Virus genome (UHGV): UHGV-0070257
Origin: a virus
DNA: 13,250 nucleotides
Reading direction: 5' to 3' (one strand)
The notes beneath the pieces were generated by a model. That model saw nothing but the letters and a program-made list of their open reading frames with translations, was not told the DNA's origin and did not search any database. Numbering within the stretch: the first letter of the stretch is position 1; every line of letters begins with the position of its first letter. The position numbers and the translations under genes were made by a program. This document shows positions 1-7,625 of this stretch, piece by piece.

Positions 1-2
1 AT

Positions 3-95
3 TGCAGCATTGTTGTTTGGGGCCTTGGTGGTGGTGGCCCCTGCCATATCTGGCTTGGTACGGGTTCTCCTCCCGCAGCGACCCGGCGCCGTTAA
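3..95 (+). CDS. 3' end of upstream head-tail joining gene (FII-like), 5'-truncated by window edge
   Basis: Frame open from the window edge, ending at TAA 93-95, 9 nt before the Z-like start. Translated tail is ...GGGGPCHIWLGTGSPPAATRRR. Position immediately upstream of Z/U/V matches lambda order. Resemblance to the lambda FII C-terminus is from memory only. A second frame also stays open to 112-114, so the frame choice is not certain. Confidence 0.4.
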   Translation, partial: CSIVVWGLGGGGPCHIWLGTGSPPAATRRR

Positions 96-104
96 GGGAA
101 AACT

Positions 105-659
105 ATGTCTTTAAAAGGGCTTGAACAGGCTATAGCAAACCTGAACAGCATCAGCAATACGGCGGTTCCGCGGGCCTCGGCGCAGGCTGTTAACCGTGTC
201 GCCACCCGGGCAGTCAGCCGAAGCGTTGCCGTTGTCTCGAAAGATACGCGGGTGCCACGCAAGCTGGTAAAACAACGCGCGAGGATAAAACGCGCCACGG
301 CGAAAAAGCCGATGGCAATGATCCGCGTGAACCGGGGCAACCTGCCCGCGATAAAGCTCGGTACCGCCAGCGTACGGTTATCCCGCAGAAAACGGGACAA
401 AAACGGGGCCAATAGTGTGTTGCGTATTGGCCCTTTTCGTTTCCCCGGGGCCTTTATTCAACAACTGGAAAATGGTCGCTGGCATGTGATGCGACGGACA
501 TCCAGACCCCGCTATCCGATCGAAGTGGTCAGCATTCCACTGGCAGCGCCACTGACGACCGCATTTAAAGATGAGCTGCCGAAGCTCATGGAATCGGATA
601 TGCCTAAAGAACTTCGGGCATCCCTTAAAAACCAACTCAGGCTGATTCTGAAACGATGA
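105..659 (+). CDS. Z: tail completion protein, lambda Z-like (184 aa)
   Basis: ATG 105 preceded by AAGGG. Size and position (before U, V) match lambda gpZ (192 aa). Stop TGA 657-659 overlaps the next start as ATGA, indicating translational coupling. Confidence 0.8.
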   Translation: MSLKGLEQAIANLNSISNTAVPRASAQAVNRVATRAVSRSVAVVSKDTRVPRKLVKQRARIKRATAKKPMAMIRVNRGNLPAIKLGTASVRLSRRKRDKNGANSVLRIGPFRFPGAFIQQLENGRWHVMRRTSRPRYPIEVVSIPLAAPLTTAFKDELPKLMESDMPKELRASLKNQLRLILKR

Positions 660-1054
660 AACACACTGATATTAGAAAGGCGATTATTGATGCGCTGGAG
701 AGCCATATTGGTAAAGACGCACTCTATTTTGACGGACGTCCAGCGGTACTGGAGGAGGGGGATTTTCCGGCGGTCGCTGTCTTCCTGACGGATGCCGGGT
801 ATACCGGCGAAGAACTGGATGCTGATATCTGGCAGGCCACGCTGCATATCGAAATCTTTTTACCGGCGCAGGTACCCGATTCCGAGCTCGATGACTGGAT
901 GGAGTCACGTATTTATCCGGTGCTTGGCAATGTGCCAGGACTTTCCCTCCTGATCAATAACATGGTGCAGCAGGGATATGACTACCAGCGCGATGACGAT
1001 CTTGGGCTCTGGAGTTCGGCTGATCTGAAATATTCCATTACTTACGAAATGTGA
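656..1054 (+). CDS. U: tail terminator protein, lambda U-like (132 aa)
   Basis: Translation MKHTDIRKAIIDALE...FDGRPAV...DFPAVAV...GEELDADIWQATLHIEIFLPAQVPDSELDDWMESRIYPV...WSSADLKYSITYEM closely parallels lambda gpU as recalled (131 aa). ATGA overlap with Z. Confidence 0.92.
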   Translation: MKHTDIRKAIIDALESHIGKDALYFDGRPAVLEEGDFPAVAVFLTDAGYTGEELDADIWQATLHIEIFLPAQVPDSELDDWMESRIYPVLGNVPGLSLLINNMVQQGYDYQRDDDLGLWSSADLKYSITYEM

Positions 1055-1061
1055 GGACGTA

Positions 1062-1799
1062 ATGACTACACCAAACCCACTGGCGCCGGTAAAGGGTGCC
1101 ACCACCACGCTCTGGATTTATTCCGGATCGGGTAACCCCTTCGCCAACCCATTATCGGATGTTGACTGGACGCGCCTGGCAAAGATTAAAGACCTGCAGC
1201 CCGGTGAACTGACTGCCGAATCAAACGACGACACCTATCTGGACGACGAAGATGCCGACTGGACTGCTACCGCGCAGGGGCAGAAATCGGCGGGGGAGGC
1301 CAGTTTTACGCTGGCCTGGAAACCTGCCGAGAGCGGGCAGCAGGATCTGGTTCGCTGGTTTGATGACGGTACCGTGCTGGCGTACAAAATCAAATACCCG
1401 AATGGCGCCATCGATGTGTTCCGTGGCTGGGTAAGCAGCCTGGGTAAAACGGTGACGGCAAAAGACACCATTACCCGTTCTGTCAAGATCAGCAACAACG
1501 GCAAACCAGGTCTTGCTGAAGACAGCGCTGCTGCAGCGATTGCCGTAACCGGCGTCAGCCTGGATAAATCGACCACCACCGTTGCGGTTGCTGCCACCAC
1601 CACGCTGAATGTCACCGTGGCGCCAGCCAGCGCAAGCGATCCATCTTTCCGGGCCACCACCACGGATGCAGGTAAAGCCACAGTGACTGTCGCCGGTACG
1701 GTTCTGACAGTAACCGGCATTGCCGCCGGAACCGCCGACATTATCGTGATGACCAACGACGGGCTTTTTGTCGCGACCTGTAAAGTCACCGTTTCCTGA
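1062..1799 (+). CDS. V: major tail protein, lambda V-like (245 aa) with C-terminal Ig-like (Big_2-type) domain
   Basis: RBS GAGG 5 nt upstream. Translation ...VKGATTTLWIYSGSGNPFANPLSDVDW.RLAKIKDL.PGELTAES.DD.YLDDEDADWTATAQGQKSAG..SFTLAW...FRGWVSS.GK.VTAKD.ITR... matches lambda gpV as recalled (246 aa). C-terminal T/V/A-rich beta segment ending TVLTVTGIAAGTADIIVMTNDGLFVATCKVTVS is typical of the Ig-like decoration domain. Confidence 0.93.
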   Translation: MTTPNPLAPVKGATTTLWIYSGSGNPFANPLSDVDWTRLAKIKDLQPGELTAESNDDTYLDDEDADWTATAQGQKSAGEASFTLAWKPAESGQQDLVRWFDDGTVLAYKIKYPNGAIDVFRGWVSSLGKTVTAKDTITRSVKISNNGKPGLAEDSAAAAIAVTGVSLDKSTTTVAVAATTTLNVTVAPASASDPSFRATTTDAGKATVTVAGTVLTVTGIAAGTADIIVMTNDGLFVATCKVTVS

Positions 1800-1803
1800 C
1801 TTC

Positions 1804-1825
1804 CGGGGCTGTGGCCCCGCTTTCC
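1804..1825 (+). terminator. GC hairpin (CGGGGC-TGTG-GCCCCG) followed by CTTTCC between V and G; possible attenuator or translation-modulating structure
   Basis: Perfect 6-bp all-G/C stem with 4-nt loop, directly read from the sequence. Only three T follow, so a weak terminator at best. It abuts the G RBS (GGAG 1826-1829). Confidence 0.25.
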
Positions 1826-1835
1826 GGAGTAACCC

Positions 1836-2243
1836 ATGTTTTTAAAAAGTGAGCCGTTCGAACGCAACGGCAAGACCGTCACGCTCTACGAACTGTCGGC
1901 GCTGCAGCGTATTGAGCATCTTGAACACCTGAAGACGCTGGAAAGTATCACCGATGCCGACATGCAGGCGGCGATGGATATGACGATTAAATCCGGCGCA
2001 CTGCTGGTGGCCATGTCTTTATGGCATGGACATCCCCTGAAAGGGACGCACAAAACACCGAAAGAAGACGTTGAGCAGATCCAGAATGAAGTGCTGATGA
2101 CCTGGCCGCTGGAGATTGTTTCCGCTGCAGAGTACAGCGTGAAGCTGTTATCCGGCATGGTGCCGCTGCAGGAAGCGAATGATCCAGAGGATATCGCTGT
2201 GACTGAGCCGGTCAGTCTGGAAAAGTCCTCGCCAGCGAGCTGA
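1836..2243 (+). CDS. G: tail assembly chaperone, lambda G-like (135 aa)
   Basis: RBS GGAG. Translation MFLKSEPFERNGKTVTLYELSALQRIEHLE...GALLVAMSLWHGHP...EPVSLEKSSPAS parallels lambda gpG as recalled (MFLK...VTVTLSELSALQRIEHL...FLVAMSLWHNHP). Confidence 0.9.
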   Translation: MFLKSEPFERNGKTVTLYELSALQRIEHLEHLKTLESITDADMQAAMDMTIKSGALLVAMSLWHGHPLKGTHKTPKEDVEQIQNEVLMTWPLEIVSAAEYSVKLLSGMVPLQEANDPEDIAVTEPVSLEKSSPAS

Positions 2244-2572
2244 CATTCGTCCTGAAACTGGCGCGTGAATTTCGCCGCCCGGACTGGCGCGCCATGCTTG
2301 CTGGTATGTCGTCAACGGAATACGCCGACTGGCGAACGTTCTACCAGGACAATTTTTTTAATGATGCGCAACTGGATGCACATTTTTCCTCGCTGATGCA
2401 TATCGTCATTACCGCGCTTGACCCCAAAACCACATCAACCCCTGCCAGCTTCAGCCTGCTTTCACCTTCTGCGGAGGATATTGCCGATGATGAACCTGGT
2501 GACGCTGTGCTGATGGCAAAGGCCGAGGGCATTTCAGGAGGTGTTCGCTATGGCCCAGACGGCAGTGGGTGA
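1836..2572 (+). CDS. T: G-T fusion tail assembly chaperone made by programmed -1 ribosomal frameshift near the end of G
   Basis: The -1 frame relative to G is open from 2207 to stop 2572 (the track shows only its internal-Met part, 2294..2572) and has no ribosome-binding start of its own. It overlaps the start of H. This is the universal G/GT arrangement of long-tailed phages. The shift must occur between 2207 and 2243. Confidence 0.75.
2219..2225 (+). promoter_or_regulatory. candidate -1 frameshift slippery site G_GAA_AAG
   Basis: This is the only A/G-homopolymeric heptamer inside the 37-nt overlap window (2207-2243). It occupies the position equivalent to lambda G_GGA_AAG, differing by one base. 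The A-site Lys codon AAG can re-pair on AAA. Confidence 0.5.
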
Positions 2573-5066
2573 CCTGGTCGTTAACCTTGACGTTAATTCG
2601 TCAAAGTTCAACGAGCAGATGGAGTACGTAAAAAGGCAGTTTAAGCAGACGGGTGACGCAGCGAATGACTCGGCGCTGAAGGTGCAGCAGTCATTTACCC
2701 GCCAGGAGAGCGCCGCGAAGAAGGCCGGCATTTCTGTAGGACAGTACAACGCGGCGATGCGTATGCTGCCTGCGCAGTTTACGGATATTGCCACCCAGCT
2801 GGCCGGTGGGCAGAGTCCGTGGCTTATCCTGCTGCAGCAGGGCGGTCAGGTGAAAGACTCCTTCGGCGGTATTATTCCGACCTTTCGGGCGTTGCTGGGC
2901 ACCATATCGCCGGTGATGGTAGGTGTTGGCGCGCTGGCTGCCGCCACTGGAGCGGTGGTTTACGCCTGGTATCAGGGCTCGTCCACGCTGTCTGATTTCA
3001 ACAAAACGCTGGTCCTGTCCGGTAACACTGCCGGGCTGACCTCAAACCGCATGCTGGTGCTGGCGAAATCCGGCGAGCAGGCGGGACTCACGTTTAACCA
3101 GACCAGCAGCGCGCTGACGGAGCTGGTCAACGCCGGAGTGCGTGCCGGTGCCCGGTTCGATGAGATGAGTCAGGCGGTAGCGAAGTTCACCGATGCGTCG
3201 GGCGTGCCGGTCGACAAGGTGGCAGCGGCATTTGGCAAACTGACGAATGATCCGACTTCAGGCCTTATTGCTATGGCGCAACAGTTCCACAACGTTACCG
3301 CGGAACAGATTGCTTATGTGGCGCAACTGCAGCGTGCCGGGGATGAGGCCGGGGCTCTACAGGCAGCTAATGATGCGGCGACGAACGGTTTTCGCGAACA
3401 GACAAAGAGCCTGCGCGACAATATGGGGTCGATTGAGACTGCTGCCGACAGCCTGAAGCGTGCCTTTAAATCGATGTGGGATGCGGCGCTCGATATTGGG
3501 CGGCCTGACACCACGCAGGAGATGGTTGCCAAAGCGGAAGCGGCCTTTAAGCGGGCGGATGAAATCTGGAATCTGCGTAAAGGTGATTCTTATGTCAATG
3601 ATGATGCGCGCGCCAGCTACTGGAACGATCGGGAGTCTGCCCGCCTTGCACTGGAAATGGCTCAGCAGCAGGCCAGTGTGGCAAAGGCCACTGAGGATAA
3701 CGCCGCCCGCGAGGCAGTGATTGAATCTGACCGCCAGAAGTATGCCGCGCAGGCGCAGTCGAATTATGCAAAGACGCAGACTGCGCTGGAGAAGTACACG
3801 GCCCGTCAGAATGAACTGAACAAGGCGCTGAAAGACGGACGGATCCTCCAGGCTGACTACAACATCAATCTGGAAGCTGCGAAAAAAGAATACGACGACT
3901 CGCTGAAGAAACCCAAAGCCCCTTCAGCGGTAAAAACACCTGCAGGTGTAAAAAGTGTCGATACTGCCAGCGCACAGACGCTGGAGCTGGAGGCGCAGTT
4001 ACGCACTCTGCAGGAGCATAAGAGCATCACGGATACCATCAGCCAGCAGCGGCTGGAATTGTGGAAACAGCAATCCCGCTTTTCGGTGCTGGAAGAGGCC
4101 GCCAAAAAGCGCGCGCTGACCGCCGATGAAAAATCGGTGCTGGCGAACAAAGACGAGGTACTGGCGCGGGCCGAAGTGAATGCCCGGTTGGGCGATCAGA
4201 TTGTTGCCCAGGAACGGTTAAACCGCCTGCAGGACAGCTCGCAGAAGTACGTTACCCAGATTGGGGAGAAAACACGAGCGCTTGTGGCCGGGGGCAGCAT
4301 GAGCAGTCGCGGCGCGCAGCGGCAAAACGAAGAGGCACAGCTGCGGCAGGGCTGGATGAATGCCGGCGGTACGGACACCGATCAGGGTTATCAGAACGAA
4401 CTGGATGCACTGAAGAAATATTATGCCGCGCAGGACGAGCTACGTGGCAACTGGCAGGCCGGGGCGAAATCAGCGTGGGCTGACTATGCCGATTCAGCAG
4501 CTGATGCCTATGGTTCGATGAAGTCCGCTGCTTCAGCCACATTCGATGGTATCAGCCAGAATATGGCCGATATGCTGACGACTGGGAAAGCAAACTGGGC
4601 AGATTTCACCCGTTCCACGTTGTCGATGCTGACGCAGATCCTGATGAAGCAGGCCATGGCTGGCCTGGTCAGTTCTGCCACTTCTGCGCTGGGTTTTGCT
4701 GGCGGTGGTTTTACCGGGACCGGCGGTAAGTATGAGCCTGCAGGTGTGGTGCACCGTGGAGAGTTTGTCTTTACGCAGGAAGCCACCAACCGAATCGGTG
4801 TCGGCAACCTTTATCGCATGATGCGTGGTTATGCGACTGGTGGCCTGGTCGGGGGGAGTGGCGCTGGCGTTGCTTCTCCTTTTGGTGTCAGCGTGTATGC
4901 ACCGGTTTCGGTTACAACAGGCCAGGGGGATTCCGGTCAGCAGAAAGGAAACGGCGATGCGCTGGGGAAAGCCTATCAGCAGGTGATCAACAGTTCCATC
5001 AGGGAAGGTATCACCAGAGAGGTCCGACCCGGAGGCATTATCTGGAATGCAACAAAACAGAGGTAA
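2550..5066 (+). CDS. H: tail tape measure protein, lambda H-like (about 838 aa from ATG 2550)
   Basis: SD AGGAGGT 2536-2542 then ATG 2550; the track start 2541 is a GTG sitting inside the SD. Translation MAQTAVGDLVV...KKAGISVGQYNAAMRMLPAQFTDIATQLAGGQSPWLILLQQGGQVKDSFGG...YAWYQGSSTLSDFNKTLVLSGN...GGFTGTGGKYEPAGVVHRGEFVFTQEATNRIGVGNLYRMMRGYATGG matches lambda gpH as recalled. Confidence 0.95.
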   Translation: MAQTAVGDLVVNLDVNSSKFNEQMEYVKRQFKQTGDAANDSALKVQQSFTRQESAAKKAGISVGQYNAAMRMLPAQFTDIATQLAGGQSPWLILLQQGGQVKDSFGGIIPTFRALLGTISPVMVGVGALAAATGAVVYAWYQGSSTLSDFNKTLVLSGNTAGLTSNRMLVLAKSGEQAGLTFNQTSSALTELVNAGVRAGARFDEMSQAVAKFTDASGVPVDKVAAAFGKLTNDPTSGLIAMAQQFHNVTAEQIAYVAQLQRAGDEAGALQAANDAATNGFREQTKSLRDNMGSIETAADSLKRAFKSMWDAALDIGRPDTTQEMVAKAEAAFKRADEIWNLRKGDSYVNDDARASYWNDRESARLALEMAQQQASVAKATEDNAAREAVIESDRQKYAAQAQSNYAKTQTALEKYTARQNELNKALKDGRILQADYNINLEAAKKEYDDSLKKPKAPSAVKTPAGVKSVDTASAQTLELEAQLRTLQEHKSITDTISQQRLELWKQQSRFSVLEEAAKKRALTADEKSVLANKDEVLARAEVNARLGDQIVAQERLNRLQDSSQKYVTQIGEKTRALVAGGSMSSRGAQRQNEEAQLRQGWMNAGGTDTDQGYQNELDALKKYYAAQDELRGNWQAGAKSAWADYADSAADAYGSMKSAASATFDGISQNMADMLTTGKANWADFTRSTLSMLTQILMKQAMAGLVSSATSALGFAGGGFTGTGGKYEPAGVVHRGEFVFTQEATNRIGVGNLYRMMRGYATGGLVGGSGAGVASPFGVSVYAPVSVTTGQGDSGQQKGNGDALGKAYQQVINSSIREGITREVRPGGIIWNATKQR

Positions 5067-5069
5067 GCA

Positions 5070-5417
5070 ATGGCGATCGAGCATTTTGCGTGGCGGATTA
5101 AAGCATCCAGCCAGCCGACCCTGAAAAGTAAGGATACCGTCCGTACGGCGCAGTTTGGTGATGGCTATAAGCAGGTTTCAGGTGCCGGGCTGAATGATGA
5201 AACGCTAAGTTATGAGTTTTCATTTACCGGCGAACCGCAAACCGTCCGGGATATTTATGCTTTCCTGCGGCGCCATAAGACGAAATCATTTTCGTTTACC
5301 CCGCCAGGCGGTGATCTTGCGCTGTGGCGCGTTGAGGCAGAAAGCCTGCAGCGCGTCACCAAAAGTAAAACAGTGGAAACCGTATCAGCCACCTTTGAAC
5401 AGGCGTTTGCACCATGA
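5070..5417 (+). CDS. M: minor tail protein, lambda M-like (115 aa)
   Basis: RBS GAGG 6 nt upstream; starts 4 nt after the H stop. Motifs FGDGY.Q...AGLN and SF.FTPP parallel lambda gpM as recalled (109 aa). Confidence 0.88.
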   Translation: MAIEHFAWRIKASSQPTLKSKDTVRTAQFGDGYKQVSGAGLNDETLSYEFSFTGEPQTVRDIYAFLRRHKTKSFSFTPPGGDLALWRVEAESLQRVTKSKTVETVSATFEQAFAP

Positions 5418-6169
5418 GCTTAAACAGTGATTATCAGAAACTTGAGCCGGGCAATGTTGTCCGGCTTTTTGATGTCGATGGCACCGCATTTGGTGTTTCC
5501 GACGTTCTCCGCTTCCACGCCCACAATATTGCCCACACTCCCGATGAAATTGCCGCTGCTGGTGGAGATGAAAATAAGCTACCGGCGAAATCGATCTGGT
5601 GGCAGGGGCAGGAATATAAAGCCTGGCCCTGCCAGATAGAGGGAATTGAGACTGCGACCGACGGGACCAGTGCGCAGCCAACGCTCTCGGTCGCTAACCT
5701 GGATAGTTCCATTACGGCGCTGTGTCTTGCTTATGATGACCTGCTGCAGGCAAAGGTCACCATTCATGACACACTGGCGCAGTATCTGGATGCGAAAAAC
5801 TATCCGGAGGGCAACCCGTCTGGGGATCCTCAGCAGGAAAAGCTGAAGGTGTTTTACATAGACGCCAAGAGCACTGAAACCAACGAGGTGGTGGCGTTTA
5901 CGTTGTCCAGTCCGATGGACCTGCAGGGGCTGATGATCCCGACGCGCCAGTTACATTCGCTTTGTACCTGGTGCATCCGTAACAAATACCGCTCCGGTGA
6001 TGGTTGTGACTACGCCGGAACTCGCTATTTCGACAAACTTAATAATCCTGTTACCGATCCTTCGCGCGATGAATGTAACGGCACGCTCACCGCGTGCAAA
6101 TTGAGGCATGGCGAGGGGAACGAGTTGCCGTTCGGTGGTTTCCCTGGCACATCCCTGATCAGGAGTTGA
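5414..6169 (+). CDS. L: minor tail protein, lambda L-like (251 aa) with C-terminal Cys cluster
   Basis: ATGA overlap with the M stop. Motifs WQGQEYKAWPCQIEG, TSAQPTLSVANL, DPQQEKL, CTWCIRNKYRSGDGCDYAG, CKLRHG and FGGF correspond to lambda gpL as recalled, including the cysteines of its iron-sulfur site. Confidence 0.9.
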   Translation: MSLNSDYQKLEPGNVVRLFDVDGTAFGVSDVLRFHAHNIAHTPDEIAAAGGDENKLPAKSIWWQGQEYKAWPCQIEGIETATDGTSAQPTLSVANLDSSITALCLAYDDLLQAKVTIHDTLAQYLDAKNYPEGNPSGDPQQEKLKVFYIDAKSTETNEVVAFTLSSPMDLQGLMIPTRQLHSLCTWCIRNKYRSGDGCDYAGTRYFDKLNNPVTDPSRDECNGTLTACKLRHGEGNELPFGGFPGTSLIRS

Positions 6170-6170
6170 T

Positions 6171-6881
6171 ATGCGTCAGAAAATTATCGACGCCATTATG
6201 GCGCATGCCGCTTCTGAATATCCCCGCGAATGCTGCGGCGTAGTGGTGCAAAAAAGCAGGGTGCAGCGGTACATTCCTTGCCGTAATCTGGCAACCGATC
6301 CGACAGAGCATTTCCACCTGTCGCCGGAAGATTATGCCGCTGCCGAAGACTGGGGAACAGTGATTGCCATTGTCCACAGTCACCCGGACGCAACGACACA
6401 GCCGAGCGAACTGGATAAGGCACAGTGTGACGCTACGTTACTTCCGTGGCATATCCTCAGCTGGCCGGAGGGGGATCTGCGTACCATTCAGCCGCGGGGC
6501 GAGTTGCCGCTACTTGAGCGCCCATTTGTGCTCGGTCATTTCGATTGCTGGGGGCTGGTGATGAGCTATTTCCGGCAAACGCATGGCATTGAGCTGACGG
6601 ATTACCGCGTGGATTATCCCTGGTGGGAAGACAGTTATCCCGAAAACTTCTACCACGATTGCTGGTATGAATGCGGATTCCGTGAATTCAGTGGCGTACC
6701 GCAGCCAGGTGATATGGTTATCATGCAGGTCCAGGCCAATAAGTGGAATCACGCGGGAATTCTACTGGAAGGTAACATGCTGTTGCATCACCTGTATGGG
6801 CACCTCAGCCAACGTGTGCCATACGGCGGCTACTGGCAAGAAAGAACAATGAAGGTACTTCGCTATAAGACTCTAGCTTAA
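6171..6881 (+). CDS. K: tail assembly protein, lambda K-like (236 aa) with JAB/MPN metalloprotease and NlpC/P60 motifs
   Basis: RBS AGGAG; start overlaps the L stop (TGATATG). JAMM-type motif E...HSHPDATTQPSELD and Cys/His pair (DCWGL ... HAGILL) seen in the translation. About 37 aa longer than lambda gpK (199 aa). Confidence 0.88.
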   Translation: MRQKIIDAIMAHAASEYPRECCGVVVQKSRVQRYIPCRNLATDPTEHFHLSPEDYAAAEDWGTVIAIVHSHPDATTQPSELDKAQCDATLLPWHILSWPEGDLRTIQPRGELPLLERPFVLGHFDCWGLVMSYFRQTHGIELTDYRVDYPWWEDSYPENFYHDCWYECGFREFSGVPQPGDMVIMQVQANKWNHAGILLEGNMLLHHLYGHLSQRVPYGGYWQERTMKVLRYKTLA

Positions 6882-6887
6882 GCCCAT

Positions 6888-7331
6888 TTAGGTGGACTGT
6901 TCCCCTGGAATTTCCACCCCAAAACCATCCGCATCCCAAGTCTTTTCCCAGACTTCGTAACCTAACTCTTTTAGGCGACTAAAAGTTTTTTTGAAAACAG
7001 TGTTGAAATCATCGTCACTAAGTCCGTCCAACTCAAGATCGCTGAGATGAATATGGAATGTGGAATGACCAATCCGTACCTTTTTGTTGATCTCTGAAAA
7101 AGTCCTTTTGAATATTATTTCAGAGAGTTCATCCCTCGCTTTTTCAACAAGTTGAATTGCATCTTGAGCAGAAATTACTTCATCTTCACGTAATTCGCTA
7201 AGGAAGCTGTTGTCGAGACGTTGAACTATTTCAGCATTCATAGAGCGGTTATTGGATTTTGCTGCATCTTCAATTTTTTCTTTTAATTCAATTGGTAATC
7301 TTATTCTTAGTTGAGGATCTTCTCTGCTCAT
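6888..7331 (-). CDS. Arc/Mnt-family ribbon-helix-helix DNA-binding protein with about 100 aa acidic C-terminal extension of unknown function (147 aa)
   Basis: N-terminus PQLRIRLPIELKEKIEDAAKSNNRSMNAEIVQRLDNSF fits the Arc/Mnt RHH pattern (beta strand with alternating residues, then N-[SA]-E-I-[VY]-Q-R helix), by pattern recognition only. RBS GAGG 7 nt upstream of the ATG on the minus strand. Convergent with K, 6 bp apart. Confidence 0.75.
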   Translation of the reverse strand: MSREDPQLRIRLPIELKEKIEDAAKSNNRSMNAEIVQRLDNSFLSELREDEVISAQDAIQLVEKARDELSEIIFKRTFSEINKKVRIGHSTFHIHLSDLELDGLSDDDFNTVFKKTFSRLKELGYEVWEKTWDADGFGVEIPGEQST

Positions 7332-7366
7332 TTGGTTGCCTCACTCAAAAAGTTCACATTATGTAA

Positions 7367-7440
7367 ATTATGCCCCACGGTGGGGTTGACATCAATGACG
7401 CACGGTGTGACACTTTATGTGTCCCACCGTGGGGCATAAT
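7367..7440. promoter_or_regulatory. divergent promoter/operator region: two inverted copies of ATTATG-CCCCAC(G/C)GTGGGG, overlapping back-to-back promoters
   Basis: Arm 1 (7367-7385, attatgccccacggtgggg) and arm 2 (7422-7440, tcccaccgtggggcataat) are reverse complements at 18/19 positions, and each core is itself near-palindromic. Leftward promoter: -35 TTGATG (minus strand of 7390-7395), 17-nt spacer containing box 1, -10 CATAAT (minus strand of 7367-7372). Rightward promoter: consensus -35 TTGACA 7386-7391, 17-nt spacer, extended -10 TGtGACACT 7406-7414, which would place box 2 at the transcript start. Confidence 0.6.
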
Positions 7441-7450
7441 TGGAGGGGTT

Positions 7451-7618
7451 ATGGAAAAAGCTAAAGATATGTACCAGCGTAAGGTTCGATTTCCTGAAGA
7501 TGTCCGGTTGGCGATAGAGAGAAATGGGGAAGATGAGTGCCGTCAGTTCAATACTGAGCTCATCTATCAGTTGAGGAAAGCGTACGGATTAGAAGGGGGG
7601 AAGAGTGAACAAGCATAA
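7451..7618 (+). CDS. small Arc-like ribbon-helix-helix repressor (55 aa)
   Basis: SD GGAGGGG 7442-7448 then ATG 7451. Translation MEKAKDMYQRKVRFPEDVRLAIERNGEDECRQFNTELIYQLRKAYGLEGGKSEQA is comparable in size and pattern to P22 Arc (53 aa; RWP...NSEIYQR). The track start at 7370 would place the operator boxes inside the ORF and is rejected. Confidence 0.65.
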   Translation: MEKAKDMYQRKVRFPEDVRLAIERNGEDECRQFNTELIYQLRKAYGLEGGKSEQA

Positions 7619-7625
7619 AAACAGT

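Noticed and set aside
92-908. Minus-strand ORFs 92..412, 378..635, 512..847 and 684..908
   Set aside because: Antisense to the Z and U homologues; no independent signals.
1235-5084. Minus-strand ORFs inside V, G, T and H (for example 1235..1882, 1886..2158, 4533..5084), and plus-strand out-of-frame ORFs such as 1252..1434 and 3247..3720
   Set aside because: Fully embedded in well-supported tail genes in other frames or strands; low-complexity Arg/Ala/Ser-rich translations typical of off-frame GC-rich DNA.
7370-7450. Track ORF 7370..7618 starting at ATG 7370
   Set aside because: That ATG is part of the ATTATG operator arm. The extension would translate the palindromic operator/promoter region, and an SD (GGAGGGG) precedes ATG 7451.
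6888-7618. Toxin-antitoxin interpretation of the two RHH proteins
   Set aside because: RHH antitoxins are normally co-directional and overlapping with a toxin gene. Here the two RHH genes are divergent around an operator region and are followed by antirepressor-like genes, which fits an immI-type regulatory module better.
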